Shown in pieces: positions 13,708 to 26,277 of a stretch of DNA of 60,000 nt. Origin of the DNA: Malacoraja senta (taxonomy: Eukaryota); the NCBI GenBank assembly GCA_038087875.1, contig CM075990.1:15936001-15996000 (forward strand), given 5' to 3'. Under the pieces are notes generated by a model, which worked only from the letters and a program-made list of their open reading frames with translations, made no database searches and had not been told where the DNA came from. Numbering within the stretch: the stretch's first letter is position 1; each line of letters begins with the position of its first letter. Made by a program: the position numbers and the translations under genes.

Positions 13708-14197
13708 GCGAGGACGGAAATCCTGGGGGGGGGGACGGGGGGGACATGCCCCTCCATGTTTTGAGAGGTGGGGGGAAATCTCCCCCATGTTTTGTAATCC
13801 GGTGAAAACAAAAAAAATCTCCGCTTTCCACGAGACAGTGGGGGTGACGCTTTCTAAGGGCTGTATCGGCCCGTTCGCGGAGCCTTTCATCGCCGCCCGG
13901 CGTGGCTTAAAATCAAACTGCTGCATCCAGGCGATCGAAGCTCCCGATGTTGAAGCCCCCGCTGGCAGATTTTAAGCCGCGTCGGGCAATGAAAGGCCCC
14001 GCAAACGGGCCGATTCAAGCCTCACGATTCGGGGCGGACGAAGCTGCTGTTGCTGGAGTTCGGAGTCGGTCACCAACTAGGTCAGCTCCCGATGTTACCG
14101 TCCACAGGGCCCATGGCCGAAGCCTCGCGCGTGTGTGCATGCTCGCAGCCGGCAAGAAATTGTCCCCTCCATGTTTTGATAGCGATTTCCGCCCCTG
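13708..14197. mobile_element. hAT-like non-autonomous element
   Basis: Ends aggacggaaatc / gatttccgcccctg (CAGGGGCGGAAATC-type TIR); repeated subterminal cccctccatgttttg. Confidence 0.6.
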
Positions 14198-15495
14198 ATT
14201 TGTATCTATGTAGAACATTACCTGATTTGATTGCACGGAAAACAAAGCTTTTCACTGCACCTCGGTACACGTGACAATAAGAATAAATCTGGCTAATGGT
14301 CGATGGATTACTAATCGTTTTGTTTCAGGTAATAGCTTGCTAATTTACAGCCTCAGTAACAAAAATGGGAACACAAAGTGCGTGCAACAGTGGGAGAAGT
14401 AATTATGAACTGCCTGTTAAACTGAGGATCAATTACTCTGCTACCTTTGTTGGATTTAATTAAGCTCCTATCAATGTGTGTGTGGGTACATGAGGGAGAG
14501 ATTAAAAGTGTGTGTAAGTGTGTGCATGTGAGAGAAGAAGTGACCTTGAGTCTTCATCAGCGTCCATTACACTCAAGGCATTCTTCCTTCAGGGCAGGGC
14601 TTCTTTAAGTGCATCCCATCTGCATTAGTGGAACAGTATGAAGCCGTCAGGATTACCAGCACCTGGTTTTATTGTCATCACCTATGAATTTGACTTTGGT
14701 CGTTAGATTCATAGAGTCATACAGCAGGGGAACAGGCCCTTCAGCCCAACTTGCTCATGCTAACAAAAATGCCCCATCTAAGCTAGGTTTGGTTTGCGTT
14801 TGCGTTTGGCCCAAATCCCTCTAAACCATTCCCATCTATGTACTTGTCCAAGTGTCTTTTAAACCCTGTTTTAGTATTTGCCTCAATTACCTCCTCTGGC
14901 AGCCCACCATATGCCCACCACCATCTGAGTGAACAAGTTGCCCCTCAGGTACCTATGGTGGACTTGCCTCTATAGGGACACAGTGATATGGGGACATAAT
15001 ATCTAACATGTTTGCATAAAAGTCATGCTCTGTGCTGGCACAATATTAAGTGTTTTGATAAATGCCAGCTACCCACATCTGGAATAAGGTTACATAAGAT
15101 TAGAAAACAAGATTATATTTTGATTAAATTACAATGATATACCGTATTATGCTGCTGTTGCCAAAGCTATTGAAGATGATTCAATTCTATTGTTAGCATG
15201 GAGGTCAAGAGTTATCATTGATCAGAAAGTGGATCCTATGATTTCTCTAATGTTTTACGTTGCTTTATATCGCACGGAATGAAACGAAAGGTTGAAAAGC
15301 AGTTCACCTCTCACGCTAGACTTAACTCGTTAATTCAGAGCAGTAAACCTCAGCAGCTTAAGTCTCAAAGTATTCGGGAAGGAAACGGCTGCTGGCAGTT
15401 CAAGCTAAAAATATTCTGTTCTTTAGACACAAAAGACAGAAGTAAAAAGGTCATGTTTTCATTCTATTTATGGTGTAATTTGGGTGCAGTGTAAT

Positions 15496-16473
15496 AATAA
15501 TAATTATAATAAATCTTATTTATGGGGGCCTTTCAAGGGTCTCAAGGACACCTTACAGAATTTAACAAGTAAAAAAACATATAATTGGAGTAAAATAAAT
15601 AGTAAAGACATCACCAATACACAAATTAAAGACAGAATTCGATCCAAAAACAAAAAAATCAGAAACAATGTGAAGAGAGAGCAACGGCAGCTAAACCGCG
15701 CCAGCGTCCACTCTCCCTTCCGGCAGCCATCTTGGACACAGACTAAAATAATCACTAACACACAAAAATCATCCCCCCACTGGATGGTTACCACTGTGGG
15801 GGAAGGCACAATGTCCAGTCCCCATCCCCAGTTCTCCCAAAGTCAGGCCTATTGAGGCCTCCGCTATTGCCTCTACGGAGGCCCGATATTCCTGGCCGTT
15901 CTCGCCGGGTGCTGTTGCCCCGGCGTCGGGAGAGTCCTCTCAGCGGCTGGGCCACCTGGAACAGCCGCTTCCTTACCGGAGTCTGCGGCTTCCGAAGCCG
16001 ACAAGGCCGCGCCGGTTTGGAGCTCCCAGGCTCCCGATGTTGAAGTCGGCGCCGCCCGCTCCGCTCCGCAGACCCGCAGCCCGGAGGTGTTGACCTCGGC
16101 GGTCACAGCTCACCGGAGCTCCAGCGCGTCGATCCAGCGCGGCGACCCAGGCAAGGCATCGCCCGCTCCGCGATAGTGCTCCAGCGCTATGCCACCACCG
16201 AAGCCAAGGTGCTGGGCGGTCCCCGCCAGGAAACGGCGCTCCATGCCCGCTGGTAGGCCATGAGGACGGGTCGACGGGGCAGCCCGGAGAAAAAGCTGCC
16301 TCACCGACCAGGTAGGGACCTAGAAATATAGTTACCCCCTTCCCCCTACATTAAAAAGTCTATTTCTCCCACAAACAGAACACAGGACTCACTAGAACTA
16401 CAAAAAAAAAGTGAATTAAACGAACGGCTGCTGATTAGCAGCCGTTCCCCAAGATGGCTCCTCCCTCCTCCTG
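15496..16473 (-). mobile_element. GC-rich non-autonomous retroelement with L2-like tail
   Basis: 8-bp TSD agtgtaat (15488-15495 / 16474-16481); 5' hairpin; tail gtaaggtgtccttgag...aaataa(att)n. Confidence 0.7.
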
Positions 16474-16539
16474 AGTGTAATGGAGACCATCGCAGTGCAT
16501 CCCCACCAGATTTTGCAGCCATCATAGAACATGTCCTTT

Positions 16540-16728
16540 AGTAACTCAGCGGGTCAGGCAGCAGGAATAGGAATGGAGACAAGGAATAGGTGACGTTTCG
16601 GGTCGAGACCCTTCTTCTGAAGAAGGGTCTCGACCCGAAACATCACCTATTACTTCTATCCAGAGATGCTGCCTGTCCCGCTGAGTTACACCAGCGTTTG
16701 GTGCCTATCTTCAGTTTCTTCCTACACG
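16540..16728. mobile_element. palindromic Penelope-derived insertion
   Basis: Inverted arms centred at 16618; 15-bp direct repeats tagaaca(tg/ca)tccttt at 16525-16539 and 16729-16743. Confidence 0.8.
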
Positions 16729-17569
16729 TAGAACACATCCTTTCTTTATTTGCATACGCACAATGTTGCAGATTCTGAGGCTCTGAAGGGCAGAAAAGTT
16801 GAACATCAAAGGTTACGGGGGCCAAGGCAGAAGAATGGGGTTGAGAAGGAAAAATAGATCAGCTATAATCAAATGGCGGAGCAGACTCAATGGGCTGAAT
16901 GGTCCAATTCTGCCCCTATGTCTTCTGGAGCCACTTGAGCAACACCAGTAGAGATGGAAAACAGAACTGATGGTTCCGATCAATAACCTTTCATCAGAAA
17001 GGTCTCTGAACATCAGATACATTGTCAATGAAACCATGAATTCTGTTGCTCTCTTCACGGAGTCTGCCCGACCCGCTGAGCATTTGCAGCATTTTTAATA
17101 TTTTTAACTTCAGGTATCTCTTTTGGAAAGTTTAATAGAAATTAATGAAATGTTACGACCCATGTCCTATTTTCCATTATACAATTATACGATCTCCATA
17201 CCTCCTCAGAGCACCCCTGAGCAAATGCAAGCAGAAAAAAACAGGTCACTTTGAGCACGCAATAAAAGAGATCAGAATTATCTCAATAAATGCAATTTAA
17301 AGCTCATTCATTGGAGAGTCTCTTAGTGCATTTCCTCATTGCAGACTTGGACTTCACAATAAAATATGCACTCTCTCGATAATCGTAAAGGTACAACAAT
17401 GCACTCTGGAATTTTTCTATTTGCGCTACCTTGCTGTACCTTGATTGTACTCGTGTATAGTGATGGTTAATTTCACCAGATAGCATGCAAGCAGAGCTTT
17501 TTACTCTACCTTGGTGCACGTGACATTAATAAACCAACAGCAATTCCCTGGTTATTCCCTCTGATCCCC

Positions 17570-17905
17570 TCTCCCATCACAAAAGATTAAAAGCGTGTAT
17601 CATCCAATTCAGGAACAGCTTCTTCCCCACTGTTATCAAACCAACAAATGGTCTTCTCATAGGCAAAGGGTGTTGCCCAGATTTTCCAATCTACCTCATT
17701 GCACACCTGGGCCTTTTTTATTTGCACTTTCTCTATAATTGTAACACTAAAACCCTGTTTCTTCTATACTCTGGTATTTTTTTCTTTGTAATCCCTGTTG
17801 AATTTGTGCATAGCTTCATCGTGTTCACAGTTAATGGATTTGATGACATTAAGCAAGCGAAGCTTTTTACTACATCTTGGTAGACGTGACAATAATAAAC
17901 CAATA
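17570..17905 (+). mobile_element. decayed Rex1/Babar LINE 3' fragment
   Basis: ttcaggaacagcttcttcccc (FRNSFFP) and gtgacaataataaa tail. Confidence 0.65.
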
Positions 17906-18920
17906 TTAATTTACATGACTACTGTCCTCTATGTTAAGACAGTGCCATTAGCTATGGGGTGGAGAGCTTCGCCTTGCATTTCAGATAACAAGTGTCTCCT
18001 CTTTCAGAAGCCTCTGCTCACAGGTTGTGAGTGAAAAGAAATGGAGAGATGCTTGACTAAGACACCACACACCACAGACAACTGTAAATCACAAGTAAAT
18101 ACCACAGCCCTCAGAAATCTAAAACTGTTGGAGCCAATCCAGGCTGTAAGGTTATTGCTTAAAGCAGTTTTAATTCCAAATCTCATTCAGTGGTCCATGA
18201 CATGAATAAAGTACTTAAATCACAAACCTGGGTTGTGGCTAATCCGGTTTATATCATCACCACTTTATTCTGCACAGAAACCCAAGAAAGATGGATGTAT
18301 TTGGTAATAAATGTTTAAGTTAAAAATGTACTTGTCGAGAGGATGTGGGTGTCATGGTCAGGGTTTCATTAGTTGCTGGAACAGAACGGTTAGTTAAGCC
18401 ATTTCAGATGTCTATATCAAGAACATTGGCAGACAGGGACCCGTGCACAAGCTGGGGCTCGGACTCAATGATCTGACTGAAGGATGCAGAGCTTGACAGA
18501 GCAGATGCATGGATAGTGGTTCCAATGGCTGAGGTATCAAGATCCAACAGTCTCAACCTGCAGTTGGTCAATGAGGAGATATTTCTTCAACCAGATTACT
18601 GGGAATCTTTGGAGTTCTCCACCCAGGGCCCTGGAGTTTCAGTCACCAACGATATCCAAGGCAGATCAACAGAACTTCAGCTATTTCATAATGAAGGTTA
18701 CAGGGGTGGCTGGTGCAGATGTATCGTCTTCTAATCTGACCTAAACCATAATGATGCCTTCTCCACTGTTTAGAGGCAGAACAGGCATGAAGGGCAGAGT
18801 GGTCTCCTCTCCCTTCTACCCAAGTTATTGTAGACATAACATCCTATTGTATGGTGTACATTGTATGCCTCATTTAAAAGCTAGCTCAAACCACTTTGAC
18901 AGCCCCAAATTTCAGAAACA

Positions 18921-20145
18921 ATCAGGCATGCAAGGACTTCGGGATGACCATCAGCCTGAAGAAGACGAACGACTTGGGCAGGATACAGAGGCGCCGCCTG
19001 TCATCACCATCGATGACTACGAACTTGATGCCGTCCATCAGTTCACGTACCTCGGCTCCACCATCACCGACAACCTCTACTTGGACACAGAGATTGATAA
19101 GAGGATCGGGAAGGCAGCTACAACTCTCGCTCGCCTCACAACTCGAGTGTGGACCAACCCAAAGCTGACAGTGAAGACAAAGATAGCAGTCTACAACCCC
19201 TGTGTCAACAGCACGCTGCTGTACGGCAGTGAGACATGGACTACATATGCCAGGCAGGAGAGAAGACTCAACACCTTCCACCTGAGAAGCATCTGCCGTA
19301 TTCTGGGCATATCCTGGCAAGACAGAGTGTCCAACGCCGAGATCCTGTCTCGCGCTGGCCTTCCCAGTATGTACACTCTACTCAGGCAGCGCAGACTGCG
19401 GTGGCTGGGCCATGTCCACCGCATGGAGGACGGCCGTATTCCAAAAGACATCCTCTATGAAGAGCTGACATCTGGGAGAACCATCGGCCGCCCCAGCTAC
19501 GTTACAAGGATGCCTGCAAGAGAGATACGAAGGCGCTCGACATCGATGTGGAGTCCTGGGAGAGCCTTGCAGCTGACCGCACGAGGTGGAGAGGTACCTG
19601 AACCAACATCTCAAAATGGGGGAAGAGAAACTGTTGAACGCAGCGGCAGACTAGCGGGAACGCAGAAAGGAGCGCGGCAACTTCAACAAACCAGAGACCA
19701 CACACACAAATAATAATAATAATAATATCTTTTATTGTCATTGCACGTCAGTGCAACGAGATTTAATATGCAGCTCCACCGATGTACAAGAAAAGTAAAA
19801 TAAATAAATAAGCAAGCTGAGTGACCGTGACATCCGAGGGAGACTGTCCAGGGGGGGTGGGTGGGGGGCACTCAGCAGGGCCGGTTCAGAGCCACTATAG
19901 CTCTTGGAATAAAGCTGTTTCTGAGTCTGGAGGTTCGGGCGTAGAAGGCCTTGTAACGTCTGCTGGAGGGAAGTAGTTCAAGCAGTCCGTTACAAGGGTG
20001 TGATGTGACCTTTGCCACAGAGACAGTCAATCCCGCGTTGGGTCTTTTCAGCCGCAAGTGACACTGCTCGAGCCGAGGTTTGGAGCAAGCAGCCAACAAC
20101 TAGGATGCATCACCCATGGCCAGTCATGACCGAGGGGGGCCTACG
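18921..20145 (+). mobile_element. 5'-truncated RTE-clade LINE (RT thumb to C-terminal Cys-rich region and 3' UTR)
   Basis: FTYLGSTI..EIDKRIGKAA..LLYGSETWT..RRLRWLGHVHRMEDGRIPKDILY; flanked by 61-bp direct repeats. Confidence 0.92.
19708..20003 (-). mobile_element. Rex1/Babar LINE 3' fragment nested in the RTE
   Basis: HPCNGLLELLPSSRRYKAFYARTSRLRNSFIPRAIVALN*; hairpin plus tgacaataaa plus (att)n tail. Confidence 0.85.
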
Positions 20146-20694
20146 ATTGTACGCCTCATTTAAAAGCTAGCTCAAACCACTTTGATGGCCCCAAATTTCA
20201 GAAACAGGGGATAATGTACAGCCATTATCACGTGTGTTTAACAGAAGGGTATCTCAGATCATCATCTCTTGCCGACAAGTAACTCCGGGTCTGCCAATGC
20301 AATTGATCAAGGGCCTCTGAAATGGCTGAACAAGCCATTCAATTCGTGGGGACGTTTGAGATGAACAACTAATCAAACCCTGTCAAAGACACACCTCAAG
20401 AGGGTTGTTTCCCCAACACTGAGAACGTAGTGAAATGGGATTTCATACAATTATTGGAGTCCATCCAATCACCATGGTAGATTACTGATGAGTTATTTCA
20501 CTGTCACAACCAACATCAGAAATGTGCACACATTAATATAGAATTACCAAATACATTTTATATCTCCTGGCACTCCGCCAATATATGCATAAATAAACTT
20601 AGTCCCTCGTGGCTTCTCTGTTCAATGTGAAACAAACACTCCAAGACTAGCAGAGCATTTAATTCCAACCCGATCGGAGAATACAAAAACCGAA

Positions 20695-20970
20695 GCAGCA
20701 AAGTGTCGCAGCTGGTAGAACTGCTGCTCCACTACACCAGAGACCCGGGTTTGATCCCGACCTCGGGTGCTGCCTGTGTGGGGTCTGCATGTTCCCAAGG
20801 ACTGTGTGGGTTTCCTCTGGTTGCACTGGTTTCCTCCTGCATCCCAAAGACGTGCGGGCTTGTTAATTGGACCCGAGTAGGGAGTGGATGCCAAAGTGGT
20901 GCAGCATAGAACCACAATGAACGGGTGGTGGATGGATGGCCTGGACTAGGTGTGTCAAGGGACCTGTTAT
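20695..20970 (+). mobile_element. diverged V-SINE
   Basis: Homology to 12336-12648. Confidence 0.75.
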
Positions 20971-21474
20971 AAGATCATAAGGAATAGGAGTAGAATTAGG
21001 CCATTTGGCCCGTCAAGTCTACTTCGCCATTCAATCATAGCTGATCTTCTCCCTCCAAACCCCATTTTCCTACCTTCTCCCCATAACCACTACTAATCAA
21101 GTATCACGTTTCCAATCAAAAATAATGCTTTACTGCTGAACTTTGAAAACAAAAGCAGGACCAAACTCTTCCCTCACTTTAACTGGATCTTCATCTGCTA
21201 TACAAATACAATGCCTGCATTAAAGAGTAACAAAATCTTTTTTTTAAACCCACCATTTACTAATTCAGCTTCCTTAACGATAGGCAAGGGCTTGGATTCA
21301 CAGAGTGAATCAGGACTGATAACTTGGGGAACGATCGCAGAAGTCCAAAGCAATTCCTTTATTCAGAGGACAGCAAACCCTATGGAGTTCTCTACCGCAC
21401 AACTTGAGGCTGTAATTTGGTATTTTATATAAATGCGTGCATATTTTTTATATTGGCCAGTAACTTCACACAAT

Positions 21475-22002
21475 ACATAGATACATAGAAAATAGGTGCA
21501 GGAGTAGGCCATTCGGCCCTTCGAGCCTGCACCGCCATTCAATATGATCATGGCTGATCATCCAACTCAGTATCCCGTACCTGCCTTCTCTCCATACCCC
21601 CTGATCCCCTTAGCCACAAGGGCCACATCTAACTCCCTCTTAAATATAGCCAATGAACTGGCCTCAACTACCCTCTGTGGCAGAGAGTTCCAGAGATTCA
21701 CCACTCTCTGTGTGAAAAAGTTTTTCCTCATCTCGGTCTTAAAGGATTTCCCCCTTATCCTTAAGCTGTGACCCCTTGTCCTGGACTTCCCCAACATCGG
21801 GAACAATCTTCCTGCATCTAGCCTGTCCAACCCCATAAGAATTTTGTACGTTTCTATAAGATCCCCTCTCAATCTCCTAAATTCTAGCGAGTACAAGCCA
21901 AGTCTATCCAGTCTTTCTTCATATGAAAGTCCTGACATCCCAGGAATCAGTCTGGTGAACCTTCTCTGCACTCCCTCTATGGCTATAATGTCCTTCCTCA
22001 GA
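21475..22002 (-). mobile_element. young CR1-clade LINE 3' fragment (ORF2 C-terminus plus tail)
   Basis: QRRFTRLIPGMSGLSYEERLDRLGLYSLEFRRLRGDLIETYKI...TRGHSLRI...FFTQRVVNLWNSLP; short tandem-repeat tail. Confidence 0.92.
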
Positions 22003-22220
22003 TTAATCTGTGTTTGTCTCTATAGCACACTATTCTGCACTGTTTGCTTGGTGCTTTTTTCACAGCGGCACTGTACTTCGAATAGTTTGATTGTAATCAT
22101 GCATGTTATGATTTGCCTGAATGGTATACAAAGTTTTCACTGTGCATCGGTACACTTGATAATAAACCCTCTTGAGCCGTATGTTTCATGGGGGGGGGAG
22201 GGGGTGTAACTGAATATATT

Positions 22221-22358
22221 GTCAAGAAAGAAACTGCTGAAGCTGGTTTACACCAAAGATAGACAGACACAAAAAGCTGGAGTAACTCAGCGGGTCAGGC
22301 AGCATCTCTGGAGAGAAGTAACAGGTGGCGTTTTGGATCAAGACCCATCTTCAGACTG
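22221..22358 (-). mobile_element. Penelope-derived short element
   Basis: Same ~135-bp unit ending in cttcagactg; no TSD seen. Confidence 0.7.
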
Positions 22359-24026
22359 TGGTAGCGAAACGTGAATGCTTCTCCGTGTATTCAAGCCACA
22401 TTGATACAGGTGCATATTGAGGGAATGAAGGAACATGGGGTTAGTGCATGAAAGGGGTGCTGAAGTAAATAATCAGCCGTGACCTTTGGGAGTTAGGAGG
22501 CCATTTGGTCCATCGCTTTAATGCTGTCCGATGATAGATATTTCTACTTTCAGCTCTCAGTCTGCAACCCTCCAGATCCCAGCTCCCTGAAAACTCGTCC
22601 AAATCCCAATTAAATGTTACGACAGCTTCCACTGTTGTATAACGTTAGTACCTCCACCAATGTAAAGCACTTTGGTCAACGAGAGTTGTTTTTTAAATGT
22701 GCTATAGAAATAAAAGTGACTTGACATCCAGTCAGTCAGTCAGTTTCTAACTCCATCAGTCCAACAATGCCCGACTGAGAGAGAATTTTCTCTAACTCAC
22801 TTTTAATCAGTTAACTGTGTTCCTTAGTTGCTGCTCTCAAGGGACATGGGAAACAAATCAGGTTAATACCAGACATTCAGTGAATGGTAAGATTCACCTC
22901 AATTGATGCATTCAGAATGTTACTGCTTTGACCCACTAGTGGTATCCACTTGGCATTTTAGTGCATGAGGGAGTTGTACATATCCAGGCACTTTTTGACA
23001 AACCCTTCCTCGACAGCTGCTTTTAACCCAATGCTTCAACCTTGAGAAATATCAGCAATTATTAGCTAATCAACCCAAAGGGCAGATTAATCTAATTGTC
23101 TTTGAGGAGATTCTAATTGACAATTAAATCTTGCTGTCTCCAGAGGAACTGCTGGTACAACTGCTGTATTTCCATCACTGATTCGTTGCCTATTACAAAC
23201 AATGATCTGATTCTCGTTAAGTGACCCCAATGAAAATCCACTGAATATCAAAGCAGGTTTCAATCTGATACAAGGCTTGATCAGTAAAGGATCATCAGTG
23301 TTACTCCGTCAAACACCTGGTGTGACAATTTGTTTCATTGCAGTGATTCAGTGCTTTTCATCATCTGGTTCACAGGCAGCGTCAGTGATCTGACGTGTTC
23401 CCACGACTTCAATAACAAGTAGTGAGGATAATGACCGAACTGACTGCGAGAAAAAATTCACCCTCATCTCTTTTAAATCCTTACACCTTAAATCTACTCG
23501 CCCTGGTTCTGGACTCCTCTTCCCTGCGAAAAATCAAACTCTGAACCTTTTACCTTCTCTATAACTCACAATTTTCTACACCTCCACATATCCACCCTTC
23601 AGCCTCCTGTGTGCCAGGGTAAAAAGTCCTAGCCTCTCACGATAAGTTAGCCCCTTGAGTCCTGGAGACTCTTGATATTTTGTCTATATAAATTATCATC
23701 ATGTTTTTCCCCCATTCAGACCCAGTTGGATTATTTTCTACAATGACCAAGCTCGTTAACTTTCCCGTCAGTTTCAAACAGTATGATTTCAAGGTTATTA
23801 AGGTGCAAGTTGGTGGCCTGCTTATTTGCAACAGGTACTTACCATTGCCACTTGTACTTCAACTCTCGTAGCTTTGCTGACAGCTACCATATTCTTCCTC
23901 AAGAGGATGGAACCAAATGCTTCCAAAGTACTGACCATCTTCCATCTCCACTCTCGGGAATCGACCCCAAACATCGACAATTCCTTTCGCCCCCACAGAT
24001 GCTGCTCAACCCATTGAGTTCACACA

Positions 24027-24162
24027 AATCAGTCTGAAGAAGGGTCTCGGCCCGAAAAGTTGCCCATTTCCTTCGCTCCATAGATGCTTCCTCACCCGCT
24101 GAGTTTCTCCAGCATTTTTGTCTACCTTCGATTTTCCAGCATCTGCAGTTCCTTCTTAAACA
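24027..24162 (+). mobile_element. Penelope-derived hammerhead-bearing short element (136 bp), nested in an older related copy
   Basis: agtCTGAAGAagggtctcggcccGAAAagttg; TSD gagttca(c/t)aca at 24016-24026 and 24163-24173. Confidence 0.8.
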
Positions 24163-25211
24163 GAGTTCATACAGCAGCTTGTTTGTTGCTTTTAAAGTAC
24201 TTCAGTCCAATACAGGAAAAGCCACCCTCCTCTTGACTTTGTCAATCAGGATTTCCAGCAGTTTGCTTCTTTTCCAAGATTGCTGCACAAACAACTACTC
24301 CCTTTCCCACTGGCTACCTAATGAGGAACATGAGCACCTGTTAACAAACCTTGTCCCAATCAGAGGTCAATGGTCAGAATTAAGTAGTTCCAAAGTCTTA
24401 AGTACCCATCAATTATTCCAAATAATTAATGATTTGCATGTCACAGTTAGACAGAAAACAGGAAGAAAATTAGCTCTAGAAAGGGGGCAGAATCTCCATT
24501 CAGATTTTGTTGGATGAGAGCAAAATCAAAGATTCAACTTTAGTGATGCCATTTGATTTGATAAAGATTCATACTCAGTGTAATACCAGAGGGGCCAGGT
24601 TGCTTATGATAATTTACATGCAAATGGTACAGAGGCTAGAGTTGGAATGCTGGTGTTGGTCATGCATTGTTTCATTGTTGGGTTTGTGGAAAAGGCATCT
24701 TGTTTTCTGGCCCGGCCACTGAACTAAATTGCATGGTGTGAAGTTGTATTTGCTCAGTAAGTATGAACAAAGCAGTTACATCTTCACACCTCCAGAAGAA
24801 ATATTCTCAGCAAATGTTTAGTTTTAATTGCTGCCAACTCGCATACAAGGCACTTCTTCTTCTTATCGAGTCCACACACAAGACTAGAAGTTGTCCAGCC
24901 AGAGCTGAACACACTTCTCGGCATCCGCATACAATGGTAACTGTCTTGTCGCTTCTTGTGTGTGGTGGTCGAAACAGGGCCGCGACGTGAACGCTCTTTC
25001 CTTGACCCCATCGCAGGCGCTGAAAGTCAAATGTGTGAAGACTCAGTTCTTCTGATGATAATTAAATTGCTGACCTGCCTCCTCGGTCTTCAAACATTGT
25101 TCTAAGTCTACCCTTCTTCTTCAGGGAGAAAGTTTCACAAGTATTAATGCTAGCTAACTTTCCATTGCATGGAATTAATTAGCTTGATTTCTTACCCTTT
25201 CCTCGAGTTCT

Positions 25212-25432
25212 GTTTAGAGATATCGTGCGGAGAAAGGCCCTTCGGCCCACCGAGTCCGCACTGACCTGCGATCCCCGCACATTAACGCTATCCTACACAC
25301 ACTAGGGACAATTTACACACACACCAAGCCAATTAACCTACATACCTGTACGTCTTTGGAGTGTGTGAAGAAACCGAAGATCTCGGAGAAAACCCACGTG
25401 GTCACGGGGAGAACGCACATACTCCACACAGA
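25212..25432 (-). mobile_element. 5'-truncated V-SINE
   Basis: Homology to the other copies. Confidence 0.8.
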
Positions 25433-26277
25433 CATAGTCTTTACTATAATACTTTTTTTCTTAGAATCAGGGAAACAGGCCCTTTGGCCCAACATGTCCA
25501 AGTTGATGAAGATGCCCCATCTAAGCAAGTCCCATTTGCCTGCTTTTGGCCCAACCTCTCCTATCCATGTACTTGTCGAAATGTCTTTTTAATATTAATG
25601 TATCTGCCTGAACCACTTCATCTGACAGCTCGTTCCATAAACCCACCACCCTGTGTGTGGAAAAGTTGCCACTCGGGTTCCTATGACATTTTTTCTTCTC
25701 TCACTTTAAGCCTTGTTTAAAATAAAATTCTACTCGAGGAAACCTGGGAACAACTTTTTTGGATCGGGCGTTAATTGTAATTTTATTGTCCCAGTTTCAA
25801 ATAAGACCAGAACAGTGCCGGAAGTGTGAAATTTGTGACCTCTTTGGAGCGTATATTCCATCACATAAAATTAATGTTCCATTTTTGGACTCGGGCATAT
25901 TCCCATGCATGAATATTTTGTATTTTTCCCAAGCATATTAACCTAACTTGAAAGAACTGCATCAATAATAATTATACAGTGTTAGCAGAATGACTAAAGC
26001 TACAAGACACATAGCTTAGTGGATAATGTAAGTCAAGTGTTTAATTGTGAAATGTCCCGAAACCCAACAAAGAAATTCTTACTTGCAGCAGCACAACAGC
26101 CATGTAAATATAATATTCCATTGACACCATAATACACAACAAAATCAATATATATAAACACTATAGTCTCTATCAAAGAGGATTTATTATATTGGTTCAA
26201 TGGTTCCATGGTCTTTTATTGCCCCATCTAAGCAAGTCCCATTTGCCTGCTTTTGGCCCAACCTCTCCTATCCATCG

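Noticed and set aside
15850..16310. CpG-island promoter of an unannotated gene (also 13710-14200, 31065-31747, 47780-48130)
   Set aside because: The CpG-rich patches lie within young mobile elements bounded by TSDs, TIRs or tails.
18751..19713. 320-aa ORF as a host gene
   Set aside because: It is a chimera of flanking DNA/TSD and a frameshifted RTE LINE fragment.
23955..24175. Tandem hammerhead dimer
   Set aside because: The TSD shows the second copy is nested inside an older copy whose core is degenerate.
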